Origin: an uncultured Clostridia bacterium
GTDB taxonomy: Bacteria > Bacillota > Clostridia > Christensenellales > UBA1242
DNA length: 64,000 nucleotides
Assembly (NCBI GenBank): GCA_934747775.1
Contig: CAKVHA010000002.1
Span: 70,361 to 134,360 of the forward strand
Reading direction: 5' to 3'
Each line of letters begins with the position of its first letter. Position 1 is the first letter of the stretch. Shown in pieces: positions 8,504 to 17,806 of the stretch. The notes beneath the pieces are model-generated. The model saw only the letters and a list, made by a program, of their open reading frames with translations, did not search any database and was not told the DNA's origin. The position numbers and the translations under genes are program-made.

Positions 8504-9276
8504 AGGTCACCTTCTTCATTTGTGTACTTTGCTGAGTTTTGGGCAAGAGAGCCAGCATCAACATTAAGCACGCGAGCTGCTTCTTTTCTAAATTCCTGCA
8601 AAAGACCCGACCCATAATAACTATACACATCATCAACACCCACAATTAGATGGTCTAATAAAGTAATGTTTAAACTTGACATTGTAAACACTAAATTTTT
8701 TGTAAATTTATTATCTTCAGCAGACGGCACACAGGGTCCATCGGGGTGATTATGTGCAATAATAAAATTGGTTATACCCAGCGAAATTAGTGTGTCTGTT
8801 ATTTCTTTTATACTAACCGAAATTTGGTTTTCTGTGCCAGATTTTAGGCGACGAGTACTAACAACTTTATTGTTTCCGTCTATACAAATTAAATATAGTT
8901 CTTCCTTTTTAACATTACTTAAAAGTGGCAATACAAAAGTTTTTGATGTTTGAAAACCGCGAATATATGTTGTTTGATTTGGACGGTTTCGCTGATAATA
9001 CAAAGCAAACTGTTTGTATTCTGCCAAAAAATGAGCAACAACGTCGCCCACACCCTTTACTTGTTTTAATGAATTAATATCGGCGTCTAGCACAGCAGAA
9101 AAACTACCAAATTTATTGATTAGGGCGTGAGCAAGATCGTTTGTATCCTTTTGCGGAATTGTAAAAGTTAGCAAATATTCCAAAACTTGATGCTCGTGCA
9201 GTGAGTCTAAGCCGTTTTCCGTAGCTTGTTTTCGCAATCTTTCTCGATGTCCATAATGAAGATGCTTTTGTTCCAC
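8500..9276 (-). CDS. radC: RadC-family JAB domain protein
   Basis: N-terminal HhH-like region (HGHRERLR...) and C-terminal IIAHNHPDGPCVPSAEDNKFT (HNHP...SxxD JAB motif). Confidence 0.85.
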   Translation of the reverse strand: MEQKHLHYGHRERLRKQATENGLDSLHEHQVLEYLLTFTIPQKDTNDLAHALINKFGSFSAVLDADINSLKQVKGVGDVVAHFLAEYKQFALYYQRNRPNQTTYIRGFQTSKTFVLPLLSNVKKEELYLICIDGNNKVVSTRRLKSGTENQISVSIKEITDTLISLGITNFIIAHNHPDGPCVPSAEDNKFTKNLVFTMSSLNITLLDHLIVGVDDVYSYYGSGLLQEFRKEAARVLNVDAGSLAQNSAKYTNEEGDL

Positions 9277-9427
9277 CCTAATTCACTTATCTCCTTAAAA
9301 TTTTTATTTAAGTTTTTATATTTTACAATAAATTTAAAGTTTTAGCAACACTTAGATTATAAAAGTTGACATGTTTTTTTGTATTTTATATAATACGATA
9401 TGTACATTACTATATAGGAGATTTTTT

Positions 9428-10300
9428 ATGGCAATTAAAATAGCATGTGACAGTTCTGCCGATCTTGGCAAAGAATTTTATGAAAAACACAATGTTAGTG
9501 TTATGCCCTACATTATTGTTTTGGGCGACAAAAATTATTTAGATGGCGAAACCATTAGCGTAGAAGATATTTACGATTATGTTGCTAAAACCAAGCAATT
9601 ACCAAAAACCGCAGCTTTAAACGAGTATATGTTTAGAGAATTTTTTGAAAAAAATTACAGCGAAGACGGGTTGATTTATTTTAATCTTAGCAGCAAAATG
9701 TCGTCTACTTTTGAAAATGCAACCGCAGCAAGCAAACATTTTGAAAAGGTACACGTTGTAGATAGTCTTTCACTTTCTACTGGCAATGGAATGCTTGTTA
9801 GATACGCGTGTCAACTTGCCGAAAGTGGACATTCTTATGAAGAGATTATAGAAAAAGTTGAAGCCCGCAAAAAATATGTTCAAGCAAGTTTTATTTTGGA
9901 TAGGTTGGACTTTTTACACAAAGGCGGAAGATGCAGTTCCCTACAGCTTCTTGGAGCAAACCTACTAAGGCTTCACCCTTCCATTCAAGTTAACAGTGAC
10001 GGAAAAATGGTTATGAACAAAAAATATCGCGGAAAGCTTTTTGACATTGTACACAAATACATTGATGACACATTACAAGAATACAACAATCCTGACCTTA
10101 GTTTTTGTTTTATTACTCACACTGCACAAACTGATCAAGTGGTTATTGATAGTGCAATTGCTACCGCTAAGGCGCACGGATTTAAGGAAGTTTTTGAAAC
10201 CACTGCTAGTGCAACTATTAGTTGTCACTGCGGCAAAAACACTATTGGTATTCTTTACTTCAACGACGGCGGTGCTGGTCGCACGACTGTATCAGACTAG
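9428..10300 (+). CDS. DegV family fatty-acid-binding protein
   Basis: MAIKIACDSSADL... and the C-terminal ...SCHCGKNTIGILYF are typical of DegV. AGGAG RBS before ATG 9428; TTGACA-17-TATAAT promoter at 9366-9394. The last ~10 codons lie inside a repeat element. Confidence 0.85.
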   Translation: MAIKIACDSSADLGKEFYEKHNVSVMPYIIVLGDKNYLDGETISVEDIYDYVAKTKQLPKTAALNEYMFREFFEKNYSEDGLIYFNLSSKMSSTFENATAASKHFEKVHVVDSLSLSTGNGMLVRYACQLAESGHSYEEIIEKVEARKKYVQASFILDRLDFLHKGGRCSSLQLLGANLLRLHPSIQVNSDGKMVMNKKYRGKLFDIVHKYIDDTLQEYNNPDLSFCFITHTAQTDQVVIDSAIATAKAHGFKEVFETTASATISCHCGKNTIGILYFNDGGAGRTTVSD

Positions 10301-10399
10301 TGCTGTTATTATACTTACTCCATCTGTTTAAAGAGTGAGCTTATATAAACCACAGATAGTTTAAGGTGCTGGTCGCATTGACCGTATCAAGCTAGTGCT
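10271..10399 (+). repeat. two ~35-nt direct repeats, 94-nt period
   Basis: GGTGCTGGTCGCACGACTGTATCAGACTAGTGCT (10271-10304) versus GGTGCTGGTCGCATTGACCGTATCAAGCTAGTGCT (10365-10399). The first copy overlaps the degV stop. Confidence 0.8.
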
Positions 10400-10476
10400 A
10401 TAGTAATACACACTCTTTCTGTTTTTGGGTCACTTGGCGTGACAGCCAGTATTTAAATAAATCCTTAAACCTTGTG

Positions 10477-10572
10477 TCACCCCAAGAAACTATGTTTCTT
10501 CGGAGACCCCGAGCTGTGCGGACAAAAAAAAGATACAATCATAAGTTCTATATATCTAACTACCCTTTGGTA
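10477..10572 (+). repeat. fragments of the GC-rich element family
   Basis: 10477-10527 TCACCCCAAGAAACTATGTTTCTTCGGAGACCCCGAGCTGTGCGGACAAAA aligns with 2902-2954 (about 42 of 53 positions by hand count). 10559-10572 ACTACCCTTTGGTA is an exact 14-nt match to copy C (reverse complement of 28566-28579). Confidence 0.7.
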
Positions 10573-10671
10573 ATTACGACAAACAAAAAAAAGATTAAAT
10601 TTTTCAATTTAATCTTTTTTTATTTTAAAATATGCAAATCGTTTACTAAAAACCATAATAAATTAAGCGGT

Positions 10672-12174
10672 TTACATATTAAAAAATCTATATATTTTGC
10701 CTTTAAATCTGTTCCAGCCAGTATCTTCTTTAAGGTCTTTTAAAGATAGTTGTTTACTGCCTTGGGCTATGGCTAAAATATCTTTATCCACATCTTTAAC
10801 AAAGTCTTTAGAATGCACTAAAATTGAGCAATCAAACTGAGCTTCTAGTTTTCTAACATCTAAATTGCTGCCACCTATTAGGGCGGTTTTTCCATCTACG
10901 CTAACAATTTTTGCACGGTTTACGCCGCTTGAATTTTCCAAAACTGCAATACCTGCACGAATAAGTGATTCATAATAGCCACGGCCATATATGTTTTGAT
11001 TGTAAGCGTCATTAAAGTTTGAAACATACAAATTTACGCTAACTCCGCTTTTAACAGCATCGGACAAAGCCTTAAACACAACACTATCTATTAACACACA
11101 AGATGTTACAATTGAAATGTGGTCTTGCGCGTTGTGGATAAGATTTAAATACATATCTCTAACTTCATTTCTATTAGCAAGAGGGCTAATTTGAAGCGGT
11201 TGAACAAACTCGTTTGGACGAGATTTTGGCAATGTTTCTGGTTTGTAATTTTCAATATTAACATCGTTTTTGCTGCGCGCAAACTGCCAAGAATTTAAAA
11301 ACAACACTGTCATATTCCACACCGCGTCGCCCACAATTTTTATACCAGACTGACGCAAATTGCCTTGTTCGGCGGTTAAATTTATATTTGAATCGGTTAT
11401 ATTAGCCCCGCCAACAAAACCCACAATGCCGTCTATTATAAACATCTTTCGATGCGACGAAAATCCATATAGTGACGAGCGGAAAGGCACAGCTTCTATT
11501 TTAAAATTTGGCAATTTTTTGTAAGCAAACTTATCTTCAAACGAGTGTTTGTTTGTTTTTGGATTGTAAAGTATTTTAATTTCTACACCTTCGCGCGCTT
11601 TTTGTTTTAATATTTCAAATAATGTATTCCACACTTCGCCTTCTTTGATTTTATAGGCGTCTATAAAAATATATTTTTTAGCGTCCTTTAATTCGGCAAA
11701 CACGCTATCGTAGTAGTTTTGTGCGCCAGAAATGTATTTTGCAGACGAATTTTGATATAATGTTGCGGTGAAATAATTGGAATAATAATAACTAATTTTG
11801 TATGCCTGTGGGTCGTGCTTTTTAAGAATATCTAGCGATGTATCGTTGTCCATAACATACTGCAAGCTGTTGTAGTTTAGATTTTGCCAAGTGCGGCGAC
11901 CATACAACCACTTGCTGCGGCTTTTTGTAAGCATATATAGCGAGTATCCAAACACTGGAAACGCAAACATAATTAGCAGCGTGCTCATTTTGTGGGTTAC
12001 AAAGTTGTTTGCCGCTATTGCTGGCACCATTGCAAGAGCAAACACAGCCCCAACCACAGGATAAACCCAAAAATAGTGAAAAAAAGATGCTGTGACAATT
12101 ATTGCCACATTTAATAAAAATGCAAATATTAACAAGTTTTTCTTAGATAAAATTTTTGTTTGCGAATTTTTCAT
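10672..12174 (-). CDS. cls: cardiolipin synthase / phospholipase D family
   Basis: N-terminal TM pair. First HKD motif HRKMFIIDG...GGANITD. Second motif reads RAKIVSVDG...GGSNLD. Confidence 0.8.
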   Translation of the reverse strand: MKNSQTKILSKKNLLIFAFLLNVAIIVTASFFHYFWVYPVVGAVFALAMVPAIAANNFVTHKMSTLLIMFAFPVFGYSLYMLTKSRSKWLYGRRTWQNLNYNSLQYVMDNDTSLDILKKHDPQAYKISYYYSNYFTATLYQNSSAKYISGAQNYYDSVFAELKDAKKYIFIDAYKIKEGEVWNTLFEILKQKAREGVEIKILYNPKTNKHSFEDKFAYKKLPNFKIEAVPFRSSLYGFSSHRKMFIIDGIVGFVGGANITDSNINLTAEQGNLRQSGIKIVGDAVWNMTVLFLNSWQFARSKNDVNIENYKPETLPKSRPNEFVQPLQISPLANRNEVRDMYLNLIHNAQDHISIVTSCVLIDSVVFKALSDAVKSGVSVNLYVSNFNDAYNQNIYGRGYYESLIRAGIAVLENSSGVNRAKIVSVDGKTALIGGSNLDVRKLEAQFDCSILVHSKDFVKDVDKDILAIAQGSKQLSLKDLKEDTGWNRFKGKIYRFFNM

Positions 12175-12231
12175 TTTATGCCTTTAACATTAATATATTA
12201 ACACAAAATTACAAAATACACAATTTTATAA

Positions 12232-13356
12232 TTAATGTTTTTGAAATTCAGTAAAATCCATTTGCTTATATAGCACTTGGTTTTGCGATTTAGAGCATTC
12301 TTGAACTTGTGCCCTACTCTCTTTAATGTTTCTATAAAAAGCATCACCATCTTGCGATTGAAAATAAACACCAATAATTTTTTTGTTGTTTGTGTTAAGT
12401 AGCGTGTAAGCAGCACGACGACGAGCACCACCTACTATGTTTTTTGCAACACCTTTTTCGTTTGCAACAAACACATTGTATGCCAATATTCTGCCAGCGT
12501 TATCCACAACAGTAATACCATCGTAGTTTAGCATTGTAACCAACAACTCTGACAAATCACGAAGTTTGCTTTCGCTATAACTTTTGCTTGTTAAAAACAT
12601 TTTTGCTAGCTGTATAGGTTCTGGCAACCACGTGCCGTCGGTCAAAAGCCCCTTAGTGTCTTTATAATCCTTATCCACAATCAAGCAAATTGTGCCGTGT
12701 GAGTTGTGGAACATTTTTGTAAATATGTTGTTGTACATATTTTTAATGTCTTCGCGTTTTTTCTTGGTGGTTTTTAGTTTTGCAAGACCGTCAGTCACAA
12801 ATTTTGTAATATTTTCTTCACTATCTTGTGGCATAATGTTTGCCATATTAAAGCAAATATTTGTTTTGTTTCCTTGAATTCCGCTAAACGACATTACACC
12901 AGCAGCAACCACCGCCATATAAATAAGCTTGGTTTTTGATGCCAGTGACGACATGTATTCATTGTCAAAAATCATTTTATCCAATGGCATTTCTTTAATG
13001 CTATTTGCGGCTTTAACAATGCCGTATTGCACGCCATTAGAGTAATTTATATAAATAGACCAGCCGTTTAAACAAAAACACATAAGCGCCTTAATGCGCT
13101 GGTTAAAATTGTTTGCATTTTCGTCGCTATAAAATCCAATTTCCACACAGTTTGGAATTGCACGCGTAACGGCGTGAATATTAGTAGTAACATAAATTGT
13201 AGGACGAATTTTTACGCCTTCTTCTTCATAGTTCATAAACTTGTAAATAGAACTAAGCAACCCTGCAGTTTCATTAAGCCCAAGAGTAGGAAATTCCAGC
13301 TCCATAAACTCCTTAACAGCTTCTTTTGCACTTGTGTAAAAAACATTAGTAACCAT
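12232..13356 (-). CDS. DAC (DisA_N)-like domain protein with a large uncharacterised N-terminal domain
   Basis: The C-terminal YDGITVVDNAGRILAYNVFV...GGARRRAAYTLL aligns by eye with the diadenylate cyclase DGA...GTRHRAA core. The ORF opens with TTG at 13362, but ATG 13356 has a GGGGA RBS 7 nt upstream. Confidence 0.55.
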   Translation of the reverse strand: MVTNVFYTSAKEAVKEFMELEFPTLGLNETAGLLSSIYKFMNYEEEGVKIRPTIYVTTNIHAVTRAIPNCVEIGFYSDENANNFNQRIKALMCFCLNGWSIYINYSNGVQYGIVKAANSIKEMPLDKMIFDNEYMSSLASKTKLIYMAVVAAGVMSFSGIQGNKTNICFNMANIMPQDSEENITKFVTDGLAKLKTTKKKREDIKNMYNNIFTKMFHNSHGTICLIVDKDYKDTKGLLTDGTWLPEPIQLAKMFLTSKSYSESKLRDLSELLVTMLNYDGITVVDNAGRILAYNVFVANEKGVAKNIVGGARRRAAYTLLNTNNKKIIGVYFQSQDGDAFYRNIKESRAQVQECSKSQNQVLYKQMDFTEFQKH

Positions 13357-13511
13357 ATGCAAATCCCCATTTTTTTTGTATTATAACACCAAACCAAACA
13401 AAAGCAATTAAATTTAATTAAAAATTTTAAAAAATTTAGTTTTTGTCAAAAACATACACTAAGTTGTCGTGTCCTAATATAGATTATGTATAAAAAGTAC
13501 GAATAATGTAG

Positions 13512-13542
13512 AAAAAAGCGAATTGATATAATTCGCTTTTTT
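13512..13542. terminator. bidirectional intrinsic terminator
   Basis: AAAAAA-GCGAATT-gatat-AATTCGC-TTTTTT. Confidence 0.8.
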
Positions 13543-13694
13543 GTATATTTTTACTTTTAAGTTTGTTTTTTAATTCATAAACAATTAATATCATTTATTA
13601 AAAATTATCAATGGTTTGTTTATTGTTGTTATTAACACTTTATTTAATAAAACTAATGCGTCGTTTGCTAGTATTAGCAGCTATGTTTAAAGGG

Positions 13695-15668
13695 TTATCT
13701 TCCACCCATTCCGCCGCCGCCGCTAAAGCTTCCGCCGCCGCCAAAGCCACCAAAACCGCCCGAGCCTTTAAAACCGCCACTGCTAAGCTTTCCAGCAGCC
13801 GTTGCGATTGTGCCCATTCGAATAAATGTGGTGTTGAGTGAGTGGCATAGCATATTTACAGCTAGTGGTGAAACATAATAATCTGCACCAGTAGGAATAT
13901 AAACGCTTTCAAAGTTTTTAACAAAGTCATCTAGAACATTTAATGCATACGCATATGGTAAAATGTCGTAAAAGTAGCTTGGGTCTTCTTTACACAATCT
14001 TTCAATACGGGATTTATCCATAATTGTAATGCTGTGTTTAAATCCCCACAATTTGCCGTAATTTTCTTTAAGTTCGCTATTTAGCGCAAACATATTTTTA
14101 CCCATAACTGCAAACACAGCTACTGGGATAAGTGTAAGAAGTCTTGCCGCCATTAAGTCATAACCGCTTGGCACTGAAATTAACGCAAACACAGCAGCAA
14201 CAACCAACAACATTATTGCAAACACGCGCGGCATATTCATTTTACCGTCGCTATCTTCTACAAAATATGTTTTGTTGTATAACGCAATTGCAAAGCTTGC
14301 AGCCACAACTGTTAATATTGAAAATAAAGTGATTGTGCCTGACATAAAGTGCGTACGCGAAAATGCTAAAATTTCATACAACACAAATGGAACAAATGCA
14401 AATAGCGCCATAAAGAAGTGTGAAATTTTGCTGCCACTTTCGTAGCGGTTTCCAATTAAGTTAACCACGTGGCTAGCACACTCCGACATCGTTTTGCACA
14501 CCCTTTCATCTGCCGCGCCATCCAACATAAACTCATCGCCATTTTTAAAGAACGCGTTAAATAGTTCGATTTCATAAAATTTTGCAGAAGTATTTTTATC
14601 TAAATTTTTAAGTTTTGTTATTGATTTTGGTTTTTGTTTTTCGTCGTTGTTAATCTTTACATAACCCTTACTTGCCCAATAAAGAATTAAACTAACAAGT
14701 CTTTGTGGAGCAAACGAGCCATTAATTACATAGTCACAATCGCAAGGTGTGTAGCCTTCGGGCGGATAAAACTCAACTGTTTTTACAGGTTTGTTTTTGC
14801 TGCCTCTTTGAATAGTCAACATTATAATTATCACAGCAACCACAACCGCTCCTATCACACAACCAATTTCTGCCCAAATGCTAAAGTTTTTTACAGAACT
14901 AAAGTAACCTTGCGGCAACTCCATTCTTACAGTTAATCCTTCGTACGCGTCAAATTCTAGCGGTGAAGAATTGGAAATTGTAAGACGGCCTTTATCTATA
15001 TAAGCGCTTAAATCTACTTGTTCTACATTTTCAACATTTCCCATATGGAAAACTGGAGTTGTTGTAAAGTTTTTAGGCATTTTAATTTCAAACTTAAAAT
15101 ACTCCACTTTTACAGGAATTTGAACAGGCATAAGCCATAAATTAATAAGGTCATAATCTTTTGTAAAATCGTTTCCAAAGGTGTAGGTGTAGCTTACCCT
15201 ATATGTAATAAGACGGTCGGTTTCACTTGTGCCGCTTTCATTTACATAATTGTCGCCACCAAGCTCAATAATTTTGTAACTATCGTCGGAATATGTAGAA
15301 TAAAGTTGGTCTACATTGCCGCTACCATCTATTCCATTGTCGGCTTTTATATTTGTTACACCCAAATAAAATTTTTGATTTTTGCTTTTTCCGTTTTTTG
15401 TAATTTTAATTGTTTCCACTTCGGGAACAGCTAAATATATGCCCTTATGTAGTCCATTACTGGCTTTCCCAAACTGCACTTTAATAGTGTCCACAATATC
15501 ATAGGAATTGTTGTCATTAACGGTAATTTGTTTGTTCCAATAAGCAACAGTATAGTTGTTGTGCCCCACACTACTATCGGCATATGCAATAGAAAAACTA
15601 GGTCTTAAGTTAAGGCCTAGTAAAAGTGCAAATATTACGCTAAAAAGTATTAATATTTTCTTTTTCAT
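13695..15668 (-). CDS. DUF2207-family membrane protein
   Basis: Signal peptide, large extracytoplasmic domain, several TM segments, Gly-rich tail (GGFGGFGGGGSFSGGGGMGG). Sits next to lemA, as is typical for this family. Confidence 0.75.
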   Translation of the reverse strand: MKKKILILFSVIFALLLGLNLRPSFSIAYADSSVGHNNYTVAYWNKQITVNDNNSYDIVDTIKVQFGKASNGLHKGIYLAVPEVETIKITKNGKSKNQKFYLGVTNIKADNGIDGSGNVDQLYSTYSDDSYKIIELGGDNYVNESGTSETDRLITYRVSYTYTFGNDFTKDYDLINLWLMPVQIPVKVEYFKFEIKMPKNFTTTPVFHMGNVENVEQVDLSAYIDKGRLTISNSSPLEFDAYEGLTVRMELPQGYFSSVKNFSIWAEIGCVIGAVVVAVIIIMLTIQRGSKNKPVKTVEFYPPEGYTPCDCDYVINGSFAPQRLVSLILYWASKGYVKINNDEKQKPKSITKLKNLDKNTSAKFYEIELFNAFFKNGDEFMLDGAADERVCKTMSECASHVVNLIGNRYESGSKISHFFMALFAFVPFVLYEILAFSRTHFMSGTITLFSILTVVAASFAIALYNKTYFVEDSDGKMNMPRVFAIMLLVVAAVFALISVPSGYDLMAARLLTLIPVAVFAVMGKNMFALNSELKENYGKLWGFKHSITIMDKSRIERLCKEDPSYFYDILPYAYALNVLDDFVKNFESVYIPTGADYYVSPLAVNMLCHSLNTTFIRMGTIATAAGKLSSGGFKGSGGFGGFGGGGSFSGGGGMGGR

Positions 15669-15688
15669 TAAATTGTAATCCGTATTTA

Positions 15689-16288
15689 TTAAAATTCTAC
15701 TTTTGGATTTTTGCGTTGTTCTTTTTCTTCAATTTCAAACATTGCTTTTTTCTCAAAGCGGAACAATCTTGCAAGCAAGTTTGTAGGGAACATTTGAATT
15801 TTGTTGTTGTATTCCTTAACAACTGCGTTGTAATAACGACGGCTGCTTGCGATGTCTTGCTCAATAACTTTTAATTGACTTTGCAAATCCATAAAGTTTG
15901 TATTTGCTTGAAGTGTTGGATAATTTTCGGTTAAAGCAAAAAGTGATTTTAATGTGCCATTAAGAACGTTTTCGGCGTCTGCTTGTTCTGCACTACCTGG
16001 TTTTGCTTGCATAGCCATATTACGAGCTTGAATAACTTTTTCCAAAGTTTCGCTTTCGTGTTTTGCAAAACCTTTAACTGTTGCAACTAAATTTGGGATA
16101 AGGTCATAACGTTTTTGAAGATAAACGTCCATAGTTGCAAAACCTTCTTCACATTCGTTTTTCTTTCTAACTAATCCATTGTAACCAGCCCAGAAAAACA
16201 TAATAATGCCAATTATTAAAATGAAAGCAACACTGCCAATTACTATGCCAACAATTGCCCCGGCGCTAAGACCTAAAAATGATAACAT
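15689..16288 (-). CDS. lemA: LemA family protein
   Basis: Single N-terminal TM, then YNGLVRKKNECEEGFATMDVYLQKRYDLIPNLV... characteristic of LemA. Confidence 0.85.
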   Translation of the reverse strand: MLSFLGLSAGAIVGIVIGSVAFILIIGIIMFFWAGYNGLVRKKNECEEGFATMDVYLQKRYDLIPNLVATVKGFAKHESETLEKVIQARNMAMQAKPGSAEQADAENVLNGTLKSLFALTENYPTLQANTNFMDLQSQLKVIEQDIASSRRYYNAVVKEYNNKIQMFPTNLLARLFRFEKKAMFEIEEKEQRKNPKVEF

Positions 16289-16370
16289 ATTTTTTCTCCT
16301 TGTTATTTACTTATATTATTTATACAAATATTATACTAATAATCTAATTTATTTACAACAAAATAAAACA

Positions 16371-17654
16371 TTATTTTTTATAAATTTTGTCTTTGCCACC
16401 CATATAAGGACGTAATACTTCTGGCACTGTAATGCTGCCATCTTCGTTGTAATTATTTTCCAAAAGTGCAATAAGTGCTCTTGGGCTAGCAAGCACAGTA
16501 TTATTAAGTGTATGCAAATAATATGTGCCGTTTTCGCCTTTTGCTCTAATACCCAAGCGGCGTGCTTGTGCATCGCCCAAAGTAGAACAGCTGCACACTT
16601 CAAAGAATTTTTGTTGGCGTGGACTCCAAGCTTCAATATCGCAAGATTTAACTTTAAGATCTGCCAAATCACCACTGCAACAATCAAGCTGTCTAACAGG
16701 AATGTTAAAATTGTTGAAAATTTCAACCGAATATTTCCACATTTTATTGTACCAATCCATACTGTCTTCTGGTTTGCAAAGCACAATCATTTCTTGTTTT
16801 TCAAACTGATGAACTCTGTAAATGCCGCGTTCTTCAATGCCGTGAGCACCCACTTCTTTTCTAAAACAAGGGCTATACGATGTCATAGTAATAGGAAGAT
16901 CGGTATCCTTAATAATTTGGTCTTTAAATTTTCCAATCATAGAATGCTCACTTGTGCCAATTAGAAACAAGTCTTCGCCTTCAATTTTGTACATCATTGC
17001 GTCCATTTCGGCAAAACTCATAACCCCATTAACAACATCGCCATGAATCATAAAAGGTGGAATGCAATAAGTAAATCCTTTATTAATCATATAATCTCTG
17101 CCATAAGCAATCATTGCTTCGTGAAGACGTGCGGCGTCACCCATAAGATAGTAAAAGCCATTTCCGCTAGTGCGGCCAGCGCTATCTTTATCAAGACCGC
17201 CAATGCTTGCCAAAATATCGGCGTGATATGGAATTTCGTAGTTTGGCACAGTAGCTTCGCCAAAGCGTTGAACTTCAACATTTTCGGTGTCGTCTTTTCC
17301 AATAGGAACAGATGGGTCGATAATATTTGGAATGCTCATCATAAGCTTTTTAATTTCGGCTTCAAGACCTACTTGTTCTTGTTCGATTTCTGCAATACGG
17401 CCATTATTGTTAACAACTTGTTGTTTTATTTCTTCCGCTTCTGCCACTCGTTTTTCACGCATCAACTTGCCAATTTCGCCCGACAACTTGTTGCGCATAG
17501 CTCTAAGGTCGTCGCCTTCTTTTTTAAGGTCGCGATTTTTTGCATCAAGTTCTAGCACAGTATCAACATAAGCAAGTTTGTGCATTTGAAATTTCTTTTT
17601 AATATTTTCCTTAACTGCGTCAGGATTGTTTCTTAAAAAATTAATATCAATCAT
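16371..17654 (-). CDS. serS: serine--tRNA ligase
   Basis: MIDINFLRNNPD..., N-terminal coiled-coil arm and class II motifs (FRKEVGAHG..., GDLA...). TTGACA-17-TAACAT promoter upstream; no T-box. Confidence 0.95.
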   Translation of the reverse strand: MIDINFLRNNPDAVKENIKKKFQMHKLAYVDTVLELDAKNRDLKKEGDDLRAMRNKLSGEIGKLMREKRVAEAEEIKQQVVNNNGRIAEIEQEQVGLEAEIKKLMMSIPNIIDPSVPIGKDDTENVEVQRFGEATVPNYEIPYHADILASIGGLDKDSAGRTSGNGFYYLMGDAARLHEAMIAYGRDYMINKGFTYCIPPFMIHGDVVNGVMSFAEMDAMMYKIEGEDLFLIGTSEHSMIGKFKDQIIKDTDLPITMTSYSPCFRKEVGAHGIEERGIYRVHQFEKQEMIVLCKPEDSMDWYNKMWKYSVEIFNNFNIPVRQLDCCSGDLADLKVKSCDIEAWSPRQQKFFEVCSCSTLGDAQARRLGIRAKGENGTYYLHTLNNTVLASPRALIALLENNYNEDGSITVPEVLRPYMGGKDKIYKK

Positions 17655-17806
17655 AGTTTTATCTCCATAAAAATTACAATTATGTTAACATTATGCGTAT
17701 GTTTTGTCAATTTAAATATATATTATTAGCCAAAAATTAGTGCAAAATAGGTATTAAATGCGGTACTGGTGTTAAAAATTAAACAAAAAAAAGGAGATAA
17801 CTATAT

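Noticed and set aside
10271-10399. Diversity-generating retroelement (VR at the 3' end of degV, TR 94 nt downstream)
   Set aside because: The geometry is reminiscent, but there is no reverse transcriptase anywhere in the window. The differences between the copies are not adenine-specific (T/C, C/T and an AG/GA swap), and there is an indel that would break the reading frame.
10271-10399. Mini CRISPR array
   Set aside because: There are only two imperfect ~35-nt repeats with a ~60-nt spacer, no cas genes, and the first repeat overlaps a coding region. No other regularly spaced repeats were seen in the window.
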